This document shows positions 36,303 through 48,992 of a stretch of 64,000 nucleotides of DNA, in pieces. The notes under the pieces were generated by a model. The model was not told the DNA's origin. It did not search any database and saw only the letters and a list, made by a program, of their open reading frames with translations. The DNA comes from Squalus acanthias. Lineage: Eukaryota. Position numbers and translations under genes: made by a program. Where the stretch lies: contig CM059438.1 of the NCBI GenBank assembly GCA_030390025.1, positions 66,342,001 through 66,406,000 of the forward strand. Direction: 5' to 3'. How positions within the stretch are numbered: position 1 is the first letter of the stretch; every line of letters starts with the position of its first letter.

Positions 36303-37876
36303 TGTTACTGATGTAATTGAGAAGCGATATTTTGTGCGTTAAGTAAATTGCCATTCGATATAAATTGTACTCTGTAGAAAATAATTGCAGGATTATTTAT
36401 TGCATGCCTGCTTGAGTTGTATTAGAGTGACTAAGCTAGTTTCTGTTCATGACACATAAAATTTAAATCATTAATCATTACATAAACCTAAATTCTACTC
36501 ATATTAATTATTCAAGTTATTGATATCTTCAGTACATGACGTTCCAGTGTCTTGAACTATGTTCCTTGTTGGCTTAAATATCTAAGGTAGATGCCTCATA
36601 AAATTTGTAATGGTTTACCAATCAATCTCATGTATCCATAAAATTCTATGTTGACCGATTTTTCATTTTTAAGATGTCTTTTTGTTTGCCTTGACAAAAA
36701 CACTTTTAGTGCACAGTGGTATTGCCATGACCTTTAACCTGTTCTTGTGTGATGACTTTTAAGAGAAACTCCCAGAAGTCTGTTCTGCAAGCTAATCAGG
36801 CCTTGCTGAATATTGCCTCCGCAGTATAAAGCTCAGTTCTCAGTAACCTTTCAGTAATATCAATGTTGGCAGCCCTGGGTTTCAAATGACCTTGTGTGAT
36901 GTTTGGAGCTGAGTGCTGCATTTTTTAGTTAAGTAGGTTTGAAGCCCATTTATTTATCATTTGAACTGTTAAATTTGAAAATAACACTCATTTATTTAGA
37001 TGACTATCACTTTTTTCGATCATCCGGACAATGAGTTCTATACAAAAATAGTGACACAAATACACACCACATAAATTTTGAAATGCTGCTGCTCTCTCAA
37101 AAAGTCATTTACAGTTTCTTCAGGAAGGCTGTTAAGTGATGATAAAGAACATTGTATGGCCACAAATATTACAACTACCAGGGATAATTCATCACTACTG
37201 TCATTTACTCCCAACCGATCTTAATAAGATATCAAAGCTTTTATGAAAATACTGTGTAAGACTTCATTTTCTTATCTTCCGCACTAACTGAGTATCGTCT
37301 TTATTAGAAAGTGGTAAACATTTTTTCCCACATCGCTGGATCACTTGTACGCAGTGTATTGTGGGATAAAAGTCATGGACAACTTCTAATGCTGCTCTTC
37401 CTTCCTGAACAGTTTCTTTTTAATAAGCTTGGCAAACATTTTCTTAGCAAGCGTTTCTTCAAAAGAAGATTGCCTCTGCTGCAGGAGATTCCTGTTAAGT
37501 TTGAAGCTGGTGAATCAACAGGGCGTTTGGTGCAATATTGATCTGGACATCAAATCTGCAGCAGCAACATCACCTTGCACTGACACAGCGCCTTTAATGT
37601 CTCGAGGCATTCCAATGCGCATCACGAAGAAGTGATTGGACACTCAGCAGGATCAGGGTCAAGGGTTGAGGGAAGAAAGCTTGTTCAAGTAGGTAGGTTA
37701 GGAGTAGGTCTTTGAAGATGCAGCAAGCTAGAGGGTTTTATAAAGAGAATCCTGGAGTGCGAGGCTGAAGAGTGAATGTCAGATGTACAAAAGGAAAAAT
37801 TATTATAAAATGAATGGTATTAATGTTTTTGAAAAGAGAATCTGGATAATTTATGGGTTTTAATGGTTTTGGGGGT

Positions 37877-38277
37877 AAAAAGAAAAGAAAGACTTGCATT
37901 TCTATCGCGCCTTTCATGACCTCAGGACATCCCAAGTGCTTACAGCCAATTAAGTACTTTTGAAGTGTAGTCACTGTTGTAATGTAGGAAACATGGCAGC
38001 CAATTTGCACACAGCAAGCTCCCACAAACAGTAATGTGATAATGACCAGATAATCTGTTATTGTGGTCTTGGTTGAGGGATACATAATGGCCAGCACTCC
38101 AGGTAGAACTCCCTTGCTCTTCTTCACATAGTGCCGTGGGACCTTTGACGTCCACCTGAGAGAGCAGATGGGGCCTCGGTTTAATGTCTCATCTGAAAGA
38201 CGGCACCTCTGACTGCACTGAAGTGTCAGCTGGATTATGTGCTCAAGTCTCTGGAGTGGGATTGGAACCCACAACCA
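37877..38277 (-). mobile_element. DeuSINE (SacSINE1-like)
   Basis: Reverse complement of the 12466-12926 family. Confidence 0.85.
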
Positions 38278-40447
38278 GTTGTGGGCAACATTCTCATTAA
38301 AAATAAGATTGGTGTTGGGAACAATTTTGACTCGACCTGCAACGGAAGTGAATTTTAATTTGTCTGAATGTGTGATTGGTATTGTCATGCCAGAGAGCAG
38401 TGAAAATCTCTTCTGTCACCCACCAGAGACTCTCACACAGATTTCGTCTCCAGTTGTATTCCAGCGACTCCTCAAGTACTTAGCTAACTTCCCACTGAAT
38501 CACCAGAGACAACTTTATTGAAGAACATCCAATCTTTGTTGCTGACCATAATGCATAGGAAAGCAATTAGCTACTGCCCCTGTGTATGCATGGATGATGG
38601 AGCACTGCAAATGGCTCATGCCTGTATCAAGGGACTGTTGTTTCAGTGTAACTTCATGCTGACTTTTGTTTTTGGAAGTACGGGCACTTCTAAATCTGAG
38701 CTCGCTAAATTTGGACTGTTTTGAGATGCTGATGCTCCATACCTTGCATGGCTTATCGAATCTTTGAAACTGAATATTCATTGCCAGCTGCTAGTCATTC
38801 TTCTTTTTCATTCAGATGTGTTATAATAATGTTGATGTGGGGAATGGATGGGTTTGTATCTTTCGAACTCTGGATCAAATCCAGCCCAGAATAATGGAAT
38901 TGAAGCCTTCTCTTCCTGTAGACTTCCAGGGTCCAATGTAAATTGAGTTTGAGACAGTTCTTTCTGGGTATGAATCCACAGCACAAAATGGTCTCTAATT
39001 TGGTGCCAATTAAGACTAAAATTGCAATTTTGTTTAGGCATCAGAACAAGTACTGCAGGAAATGGGGAAGATTCTCACACTGGTGCAGTAGGAAGTGCTC
39101 TTCTGAGGCTGATAGTGAGGCATATTATTGAACCAGCACGGAGAGAGCTTTATTTTGCATTCGGCTCTGACAGGAGACATGTTTGATATTGACATTGTCT
39201 GACAGGATTGGAAATGTGTTGCCTCGCTCAGGACTGACGTGCCGCGCCTTGATCCACCACAGAAAAAATAATAATTCATTCAAAACATTTTGCGCATCTT
39301 CAGAATAAATGTTGAAATGTATCCAGGTTTGTTTCCTGAAATCCTCACAGAGAGCTTTTATCAGGGAGAAGACATCAACAGGTCCCATCACACAGCGGCT
39401 GCCTGGAGCTGCTGCAATACACAATTAATGCAGGTTAATCTGCAAGGCAACAGCTGTAAAGACGAAAATAATTTATTTGAAAGGGGAAGGCAATTACAAT
39501 GCTAATTGATCTGTGCTTCTTTCATGTGTAATTATAAACTACAGAATATTCTTTACTTTGTTTATCAGAGCATATCCTTTGGAATTGATGACTAAATTCT
39601 CCAGTTCGTCTGAAAAGTATGAAACTGCTGATTGATAACTGGTTAGGCATTTACAACTGAGCTTTTCTAACTGGACTGCAGCCTGCGAATACTGATTTAA
39701 CCAGCAATGCATGTTTTTGAAGCAACAGCTGTTGAGTTTTGTCTGGGTTGGTTGTTTGTGGGAAAGGTGGGGACCGAATAGAAGAGATTCTGTACCAGAC
39801 ACTGACCTAAGCAGTTGGGAATGAGAACGTTCAAAATGGCAGCCAGTAAACTACCTTCTAAAGGTCTTTCTATTGGACAGAGCTGAGAGAAGAACGAGGA
39901 TAATTCTGCATTTAACCCTCCAAGTTGTGAAAAGAGTACTGAAACTTTCTCATCAAAAGAAAGAGAAACAGCTATTTGAATACTTATAGCACCCCTTGCG
40001 TAGAAAGACATGTTGTTTGTATCGGGAGAGAGGTGGGCCCAAACAGGAGCAGTAAAGAATTTGGGGCGGAGGTAACAGATGACTTAGGGGGAAAAATTCA
40101 GTATCGCCCCGTTTGGAGCGCGATTATCGGCCGTACGCAACGTTTAGCGCCTGGCGCTAATTATCGCTTCCGACTGCAAACTTGGCTTTTATCGCCCCCG
40201 GAGTTGATTGGAGCGCTAAATCAGGCGCTACACACCTCTCTTAAGGTGCAAAGGCCGAGGAGCGAGGCGCTAACTCAGAGCGCGGGCGCAGCGCAGGTGC
40301 TGTCAGTTAGCGATGGAACACAGACACACTGGCGCCGGTCAGTTCTTAAAGGGGAGGGTCGATCTTGCTCTCCAGCCACACCCTGCTCATTGGAGCCTTG
40401 AATCTCGGCCTGGAGAGACCTGTGCCTAAATCTTGCAGCCAAGGACT

Positions 40448-42269
40448 ATGGAGAGGGCCAGGGAGCGAGCACATCGCTTCAGCGAGCGGGCCTTGGAGGC
40501 TTTGGTTGGCGCGGTGGAGCGCAGAAGATCAATACTGTACCCAGAGAGTGACAGGAGGCCTTTGCCGCGTGATTACAGAAGAGTGTGGAGGGAGGTGGCA
40601 CAGAGTGTCTCCTCCAGAAGCATGGTGCCCAGGACCAATATACAATGTAGAAAAAAGTTCAACGACCTCACTCAGGTTGTCAGGGTGAGTGGCTTTTTTT
40701 CAATTCCTCTCCATTCCTCCATCTCTAACCTCACTCTATGGCCAGAGGGTCTTAAAACCCCGATGTCCAACGCTCATCCAACACCTGTGGCCCTCTCATG
40801 AAACACACACGCACATTCCACACTTTGCATACATTAAGGGCTATTCACCGATGGGAGGCACATCAGGCAAGATCACGGCTGCATACAGTAAGGGCTATTC
40901 ACCTATGGGAGGCACATCAGGCAAGACCATGGCTGTATATTTACTCAGATGCTGTCCTTTTTCTTGCAGGCCAAGCTATCTCATAATAGGAGACAGCAGC
41001 AACGGACGGGTGGAGAGCGGCCTCAGTTGCAACCCCTCAGCGATCTTGAGGAGCGCGTCCAGAGGATTGTGGCAAGCCGGGTGATCGGTCCCGTCGCCAC
41101 TGGAGACGCCGACCCCGTTGTGGACAGCAATGGTAAGGTCATTACCTTTTTGTCCTCTCTCCTTCCACTTGTCCCTCACAACACCAGCCTTTGACATTTT
41201 CAATCCAACTTACTAAATCGCTGCACTCATTCCTCCCTTACTGCCACCCTGTCCTCACGCTAAAGCCACTCTTGTACCTCCCTGCTTTCAGATGGTGATT
41301 CACCTCTGAGGAGACGGCCCCTCAAGCTGCCAGTGGGAGTGAAGCTGCAGGCCAGGAGGAAGATGAAGCCGGAGCATCAGCGCCACCCTCTCCCGAGGAA
41401 GCCCATGCCCACACTGGGAACACGCCTTCCCTGGAGGGGAGCAGGGGGAAAGGGTCTGATGAGGGTGAAGCTCCAGGACCCAGCGGGCTGCAGCAACGCG
41501 ATGGGGGTAGGGAAGCTCGGGGGCCTTCTCCCCGGAGGGAGAGTATGCCAGCGAGTCCTACTGCACTGGACGCAGAGGAGGAGCGGCTCATCGCTGAAAT
41601 GAACACCCAGGCGGTGGACATGCACACTGAGCTCATGGGTGCAGTGGGAAGGGTGCCCGAATGCATTGAATCACTGGCAAGGAGTGTGGAGCACTTCGCT
41701 GTAGCACAGGCGGATGCCACGCAAATATTTAGTGCTGCAATTCAGTCACTGGCTGCCATGACCCCATCTCTGACTGCTCTCATGCAGACTCAGATTGAGG
41801 TCACGCAAGCACTGACTGCTGCCATTCTCGCTTGCTCGGATACATTTCCCTGGGGCTCTCACCACGCCGAAGCTGGCCAGCAATCTGTGCTCCAGCAGAT
41901 TGCTCCAGATGCTGAAGTGCTGCCCCCAGTGGGAGTGCCAGTGTGTCGGTCGAGCAGGGAGTTGCTGTCCTCTCTCAAGATGACAGCATTCCTGCTGCCA
42001 CCACTGTCACTTCTCCACTGCACTTGCCACCACCTGCAGTACAGACTGCTGCCACCCATGCAGAGTTGGTGCAGTCTGCAGCCGGGCCCTCCAGACCCAG
42101 AGCTGGTCGAGGCTGTCCTTCAAGGGCATCTGTAGTCTCAGGTTCTGACAATCAACAGCCTTCCACCAGCCTTGCTGCAGCCACTGGGAACCCATTACGG
42201 AGGAGCAGTAGGTTGGGAAGGGGGGAAGTGCACAAGGGATGGAGATCACCCTTGAAGGGCAAAAAGTAG
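40448..42269 (+). pseudogene. Harbinger Myb/SANT-like DNA-binding protein gene, 3 exons (40448-40684, 40970-41132, 41292-42269), probably two frameshifts in exon 3
   Basis: RFSERALEALVGAVERRRSILY..WREVAQSV..RTNIQCRKKFNDL; donors gtgagt (40685) and gtaagg (41133); acceptors ttcttgcag and ctttcag; exon 2 AKLSHNRRQQQRTGG; basic C-terminus. Confidence 0.8.
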
Positions 42270-42451
42270 GAGGCGTGACAAAATGTTGGTCATTTTTTTA
42301 TTAAAGGCCAAGGTTCGTGGTCAAACTTTTGTTTAGTGTTTTGGACATTATCTCCAGGTTGTGAGAACCAGTTATGTTAATGACTGTTTTTTTGTGTTTC
42401 TTTCTATTAGTTTGTCACGAGGAAATGACACACAGAGTTTGTAAAGTAAAT

Positions 42452-43193
42452 GGCCCAAAAATTTGTGTTGATACGCGAGAGTACGCACTGTGTACTCTCG
42501 CGTATTCTGTCTCCCATTGCCGGTTTTCTGCATGCACTGCGCATGCGCTGAAAACCGGCACTTGGTGAATGGAAAAGGGGGCGGTTCCTAGGTGAACCGC
42601 GTGCGCGCTACAGGCTGCACGCATGCAGTGCACTTAGTGGTTTCAACGCGCAGGTAAGTATGGAAGATTTTACACATAAAAAAAGGAGGAGTAAGACCCA
42701 CTTTTAACAAGGTAAGTAGTGAATTAAGTATTATTTTGAATTTTTTTTTAACAGGTATATCTTTTTTAGAGACTTTAAAGACAGGTAAGTTTATTTTTAT
42801 AACTTTTTAAAAGATTTTAAATTTTTTCAAAAATTTAATTTTTTATTTAAAATGGTTAATTTATTTAACTATACTTATTTTATTAATGTGATGGTTTTTT
42901 TTTATTTAATTGAGGTTTAGCTGTTCTTTTGGGGGGCTATAGTATTCATAGCTTTCACAGCACTTATGTGAAAGTTATGAATGGAAGATGGTGTGCTGCC
43001 ATTGGCTCTAACTGAGTCACGTGATCCCACAGCTCGCACGAATTAACTGCGCCTGTGGGATACGCAAGCCCAGCACAGCAGCTGTCCAGAACATCAAGTT
43101 CGTGCGAGCTGGAACTGAAAAAGCCAACGCGCAGTGAGAGATCGCGGGGAAGCCTTACCCTCGCACGAAGGCTTCCTCACGAAATTTTGGGCC
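42452..43193. mobile_element. MITE inserted between the two Harbinger genes
   Basis: Termini GGCCCAAAAATTT / AAATTTTGGGCC; AT-rich core; related to 33252-33916. Confidence 0.75.
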
Positions 43194-43411
43194 ATTAAGT
43201 TTTTGTATTCAAAATGTACATGTTTGGTCTTTGCAATCATTGCTGCCTTGGCCGGCTTAGGGGTTGCGGGTTGGTTTCATTCATGTTCTTCTCAATGGCA
43301 GAAGCCATTTCCTCAGTAGGGGCCTAGAAGCGGCTTGCTATCAGCCGTTGACAGACGGCCCATCCAGTTTCTACATTGTGGGCCTCCCTCCCGCCTTGGT
43401 GCTGCTGATGA

Positions 43412-44575
43412 TCATCTTCCTCCTCTTCCTCCAATGCCTGGTGGCATTGTCTGGGTCCTGAGGATTGCCAGGTTATGCAGCATGCAGCACACAACTACGA
43501 AGAGGGAGACTCGCTCAGGCGAGTACTGCAGGGCTCCTCCTGAGTGGTTCAGACAGCGGAACCGTTGCTTCAGCATGCCGATTGTGTGCTCATCGATGTT
43601 TCTGGTAGCTAGATGGCTCTCGTTGTACCGCAGCTCAGTAGGGGTGTTGGGGTTATGGAGCGGTGTCATCAGCCAGGTGCTCAGTGGATACCCCTTGTCC
43701 CCGAGAAGCCAACCACCTGGGTGATGCGGTGCCTGGAAAAGTTCTGCCACAGTAGTCTGGCATAGGATGTATGCATTGTGGCTGCTGCCAGGATAGCAGG
43801 CATTGACAGCGAGTATCAGCTGTCTGTGGTCACAGACCAACTGCACGTTTAAGGAATGGAACCCCTTTCGGTTGTGGAAATCCTCTGCATTCTCATGCGG
43901 AGCACGCAAAGCCACATGCGTGCAGTCAATGGCACCCTGCACCATGGGGAAGCCCGCTATCCTCGCAAAGCCCATAGCGCGTTCATGCTGCTTGGCCGAG
44001 GTCATGGGGAAAGAGATGTACTCTCGTCTCCTTTTATAGAGGGCATTTGTGACCTGACGGATGCAGCAATGGCCCGCGAACTGGGAGATATTGGCGATGT
44101 CCCCAGTAGCTGACTGAAATAAGCCGGTGGCATAAAAGTTCAGAGCCACTGTGATCTTCACAGCCACCGACAGAGATGTCCTGGTCCTCAGTAGAGGCTG
44201 CAGATCTGGCTGCAGCAGGTGGCAGAGCTCAGTGACCACCTCCTTGCTGAAGCGCAGCCTTCGCAAACACTGCTCCTCAGACATATTAACGTATGAGAAT
44301 TGTTGCCGAAATACCCTAGGAGGGTAAGGTCTCCTGTACAGAGGCCTGTTGGCCCTCCTCCGTCTGGCCATGATTGCCACTCTCTCTCTGCGTCTCTGTG
44401 GCCTCCGATTCTGCTGGCGCAGGACGATGCCCCCAATCAGGGCAGCTCCCAAAGTCTCTTGGCAATCAAAGTAATGAAGGTCAAAAACCAAAGTACCTGC
44501 AAATTTATGCTCAGTGGCCAAAACTACCTCACACAGCATTGACTCAATGCAGAAGTCTCTCTTTCTCTCTCTCAA
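43412..44575 (-). CDS. Harbinger (HARBI1-like, DDE_Tnp_4) transposase
   Basis: GAIDCTHV, NRKGFHSLNVQ, YPGSSHN (usually HD), LLGDKGY, RNIDEHTIGMLKQRFRCL, CCMLHN. The true start is probably ~44455, and a frameshift at ~43430 appears to cut off an acidic tail ending ~43324. Confidence 0.93.
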   Translation of the reverse strand: MRERKRDFCIESMLCEVVLATEHKFAGTLVFDLHYFDCQETLGAALIGGIVLRQQNRRPQRRRERVAIMARRRRANRPLYRRPYPPRVFRQQFSYVNMSEEQCLRRLRFSKEVVTELCHLLQPDLQPLLRTRTSLSVAVKITVALNFYATGLFQSATGDIANISQFAGHCCIRQVTNALYKRRREYISFPMTSAKQHERAMGFARIAGFPMVQGAIDCTHVALRAPHENAEDFHNRKGFHSLNVQLVCDHRQLILAVNACYPGSSHNAYILCQTTVAELFQAPHHPGGWLLGDKGYPLSTWLMTPLHNPNTPTELRYNESHLATRNIDEHTIGMLKQRFRCLNHSGGALQYSPERVSLFVVVCCMLHNLAILRTQTMPPGIGGRGGR

Positions 44576-45110
44576 AATCTCTCTCTCTCTCTCAGAATGA
44601 GTGGTGCAAAAATGGCTACCACAGAGAAAGCCAGGAAGAGGCCCCCTTTAAATAGCGCCCCCCCCCAGCCCCACAGCGACTGGGAAGCGTTCCAGTCTAC
44701 CTGTCGTTGGTTGCGCCAGGCGGAAAGGAGGGGGACGCCACTCAATTTCTGTTCCGGGGCGCCCCAAGGGCGTTGCACGCTCGATTGACATCAAGATCTG
44801 CGTGCGCAGGAGATCGGGACGGTATTGTTTAGCGCTGCCGCAAAATATCCGGTCAATTTCGCGAGAGGCGCAGATATCGCTGTGCCCGGGCGCTAGTTGC
44901 TTTGCGCCCCATTAGCGCCCTCTTAAGGCGCTAACGGGAGGCGCAAACCAACTGAATTTTTCCCCCAGGGTATATAAAGTTTTGCTACAGCTGGACAAAG
45001 CTCTGCTTAGACTACATCTGGAATACTGTGAACAGGCTTGAGGGGCTGAATGGCCTACGCCTGTTCCCAGGTTCCTATGAAAACATGGCTGAAAAGATGC
45101 AGGTGTTTGC

Positions 45111-45576
45111 AAGAAAGAAAAGAAAGACTTTCATTTCTATAGCGCCTTTCACGTCCACCGCACGTCCCAAAGCGCTTTACAGCCAATGAAGTACTTTTGA
45201 AGTGTAGCACTGTTGTAATGTGGGAAACGCAGCAGCTAAAATTGCTCACAGCAAGCTCCCACAAGCAGCAATGTGATAATGACCAGATAATCTGTTTTTG
45301 TGATGTTGATTGAGGACAATTGGCCAAGACACCGGGATAACTCCCCTGCTCCTCTTCGAAATAGTGCCATGGGATCTTTTACATCCACCTGAGAGAGCAG
45401 ACGGGGCCTTGGTTTAACATCTCATCCGAAAGATGGCGCCTCCGACAGTGCAGCACTCCCTCAGCTCTGCACTGGAGTGTCAGCCTAGAGTTATGTGCTC
45501 AAGTCTCTGCAGTGGGACTCTGAACCCACAACCTTCTGACCCAGAGGTGAGAGTGCTACCACTGAGCCACAGCTGA
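45111..45576 (-). mobile_element. DeuSINE (SacSINE1-like), full length
   Basis: tRNA head (tggctcagtggtagcactctc..gggttcagagtccc), Deu core and (TTTC)n tail. Confidence 0.88.
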
Positions 45577-45579
45577 CAC

Positions 45580-46070
45580 TGCAAGAGCCAAAGAGGATGG
45601 CTTCAGTTTTGTTGACGTTGAACTGGAGGTAATTTTGACTCCATCTGAACTTGGTGTCAGTCAGATAAGATAGCTGGAGCCTTGAAGTTGAAGGTTGTGG
45701 CTGAGAGGTGGAATTGGGTGCTGTTGGCACACCCATAGACAACTTCGGGATATTGTCACTAAGGTGTAATATAAAATGATAAAGGGAACCAAGGGTGGCG
45801 CACACCCTGAGTGAACCTTGGTTGCATGAGAGGGGAGGATGTTGTGGCTGCATTGGGACAAATCAGAACTTTTCCAGGAGTGCTATGAAGATGAAACATG
45901 GAGGACGATGGAGTAGTCGACTATCAGATGCAGCAGAGGGAATGAGAAGGTTTAATAGGTCACAATTAGTTAGGCAGGATGTTGTCACCTTGAACAAGGC
46001 AGGCAGGTGATGTGGATGGGTCATAAACTGAGCTGAAGGGACTTAAATAGGGAGAGGTAGGTAGGTAGAT
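45580..46070 (-). mobile_element. Decayed L2 RT fragment
   Basis: WSQNYLQFNVNKTEAILFGS (cf. WM..NFLQLN..KTE) in ORF 45491-45853. Confidence 0.6.
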
Positions 46071-47255
46071 GCAGAGTTGATTGTGAGGAGACCTTATCCA
46101 AATTTCTCAAACAGAATTTGGATTGGTGAGTGCTGAACTGCAGGCCATGAGTGTAAAATTCTTGAGCATTAAACAAAATTTGAGATTCGAAGGAAGTTTT
46201 TCCTACCTGGTGCGAGGTATGTGGAATAGACTGCCAGCGAAAAGTTGTTCATGTTGAGCCATAAGACCCTGAATGAAGAGCTGGAAAGAATTAAACTGTT
46301 ACAAGTATAAAGTAATCTGATTTTTTTTTCTGGTAAAACTATATGAACCACACTCCCTATTGCATCAGTATGCCAGTTCCATTTCCAACATCAGCCATCC
46401 TTGTGGCTTCCAATTCGGGACAGTTTTCTGCTATGGATTTGTCGCCCTTGGGAACTATGTTCAGACTGTCGAAATGCATTTCTATTTGGATCCTTGCAGC
46501 TATCAGAGTTGGGACATGCATCAAGTTCCAGAGGTGAACGAGTAATGTGCTTAACTCACATTCGGAATCTGGTCCAGATGGCCAGCATGTATTAATTCAA
46601 GCCAACAACGTGTCTGACTGGCACGTTGCCTAACTCGTGAAAATGTAAGATTGCTATTCCAGTAAGTTTTAATGTAGGCTGACATCATAGCCAGACCAAG
46701 AGACTCCTGCCTGATTCACTTCAGTAAGAGCAGGACGGAATCTTCGAATAGCTCTGAAATATATCTGAATCTAGACGGACCGAGAGTCATGAGAAAAAAA
46801 AAGCTTTTGCCATTTTTGTTGCTTCCAATTCTGGACGGTTTTCTGCGATGGGCTTGAATCTGTCTTTTATATATCTGTCTTGCCTTGTACATTTGAAAAG
46901 AGTTCTGTGCCGAAAGTTTTAATTTTATAAAGTTTAACAGGGTTAAAAGGAACAAAAATAAGGTCCGTGTCCAATCTTGGTGAATATCTGCTTGGCAAGC
47001 AGAAAGCAAAATTGCTGAGTGGTAATACCAAATTTAAAATCCAGCAGAAGTCATTACTTGAAGGAATGATGCAGGCAAACCGTCAAACTGTGACAACGGA
47101 CTTTCAGTAATTGAATTAGCATTGAACCAGAACGCTTCAAACATTTTGACTACATTACAATAGCAAAATACTGCGGATGCTGGAAATCTGAAATATCAAC
47201 AGAAAATGCTGGAAACACTCAGCAGGCCAGGCAGCATCCGTGGAGAGAGAAACAG

Positions 47256-47292
47256 AGTTAACGTTTCAGGTCTGTGACCCTTCGTCAGAACT
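47256..47292 (-). ncRNA. Minimal hammerhead ribozyme motif (Penelope-type)
   Basis: AGUU-CUGACGA-A-GGGUC(ACA)GACCU-GAAAC-GUU-AACU: conserved core, stem II, palindromic stem III, stem I. Confidence 0.75.
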
Positions 47293-48955
47293 GGAAAAAG
47301 TTGGAGATGTAACAGATTTTAAGCAGGTGCAGAGGCAGGGAAAGGGGGGAGGGGGGGAAGGAACAAAAGGGACGGTCTGTGATAGAGTGGAAGACAGGAG
47401 ACATTAAATGTTGCAAATGGGGATGACAGAATCATCAACAGCTGCCACCTGAAAAAATAGGGGCAGAGGTTATGATCTGAAATTGTTGAACTTAATGTTG
47501 AGTCCGGAAGGCTGTAAAGTGCCTAATAGAAAGATGAGGTGCTGTTCCTCGAGCTCACATTGAGCTTCATTGGAACAGTGTAAGAGGCAGAGGACAGAGA
47601 GGTCAGAGTGGGAGTGGAGCGGAGAATTAAAATGACAAGCGACCGGAAACTCGGGGTCACCCTTATGGACTGAACGGAGCTGTTCCGCAAAGCGGTCACC
47701 CAATCTGCGTTTGGTCTCCCCAGTGTAGAGGGGACCGCATCGTGAGCAGCGAATACAGTATACTAAATTGCAAGAAGTACAAGTAAATCGCTGTTTCACC
47801 TGGAAGGAGTGTTTGGGGCCCTGGACAGTGGGAAGGGAAGAGGTAAAAGGGTAGGTGTTGCATCTCCTGCGCTTGCACAGGAAGGTGCCGGGAGAAGGGG
47901 AAGGGGTGTTGGGGGTGATAGAGGAGTGGACCAGGGTGTTGCAGAGGGAGCGGTCCCTTCGGAATGTTGAAAGGGGAGGTGAGGGGAAGATGTGTTTGGT
48001 GGTGGGTCACACTGGAGGTGGCGGAAATGGCGGAGGATGATCTGTTGAATGTGGAGGGAGGGGAAAGGGTGAAAGCAGAAGAGCAGAAAATGGAACTGAC
48101 ACGGTCGAGTGCGACAAACATCCACTATAAGCCACTGACTCCCACAGCTACCTGGACTACACTTCCGCCATTTCCGAAATGGGCTCGCACCCTGCCTCCA
48201 CATTCAACGGATCATCATCCGCCATTTCCACCACCTCCAGTGTGATCCCACCACCAAACACATCTTCCTCTCACCTCCTCTTTCATCATTCCGAAGGGAC
48301 CGCTTCCTCCGCGACACCCTGGTCCACTCCTCAATCACCCCCAACACCCCCTTCCCATGGCACCTTCCCGTGCAAGCGCAGGAGATGCAACACCTACCCT
48401 TTTACCTCCTCCCTTCCCACTGTCCAGGGCCCCAAACACTCCTTCCAGGTGAAACAGCGATTTACTTGTACTTCTTTCAATTTAGTATACTGTATTCGCT
48501 GCTCACGATGCGGTCTCCTCTACATTGGGGAGACCAAACGCAGATTGGGTGACCGCTTTGCGGAACACCTCCGTTCAGTCCGTAAGCGTGACCCCGAGCT
48601 TCCGGTCGCTTGTCACTTTAATTCTCCGCTCCACTCCCACTCAGACCTCTCTGTCTTCGGCCTCTTACACTGTTCCAATGAAGCTCAACGTGAGCTCGAG
48701 GAACAGCACCTCATCTTTCAATTAGGCACTTTACAGCCTTCTGGACTCAACATTAAGTTCAACAATTTCAGACCATAACCTCTGCCCCTATTTTTTCAGG
48801 CGGCAGCTGTTGATGATTCTGCCATCCCCATTTGCAACATTTAACCACTCCTGCCTTCCACCCTATCACAGACCTTCCCTTTTGTTCTTTCCTCCTCTCC
48901 CTCCTTTTCCTGCCCCTGCACTTGCTTAAAATCTATTATACCTCTAACTTTTTCC

Positions 48956-48992
48956 AGTTCTGACGAAGGGTCACAGACCTGAAACGTTGACT
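48956..48992 (+). ncRNA. Minimal hammerhead ribozyme motif (Penelope-type)
   Basis: agtt-ctgacga-agggtcacagacct-gaaac-gtt-gact. Confidence 0.72.

Larger units (their letters stand above)
40087..44966. mobile_element. Near-complete PIF/Harbinger DNA transposon (4.9 kb)
   Basis: 15-bp TIRs GGGGGAAAAATTCAG / CTGAATTTTTCCCCC; convergent Myb/SANT gene (+) and DDE transposase (-). The TSD is ambiguous because of the G/C runs. Confidence 0.95.

Noticed and set aside
43412..44575. Domesticated host HARBI1 gene
   Set aside because: It lies inside intact TIRs with a partner Myb gene, has MITE relatives and shows disabling changes, so it is a transposon copy.
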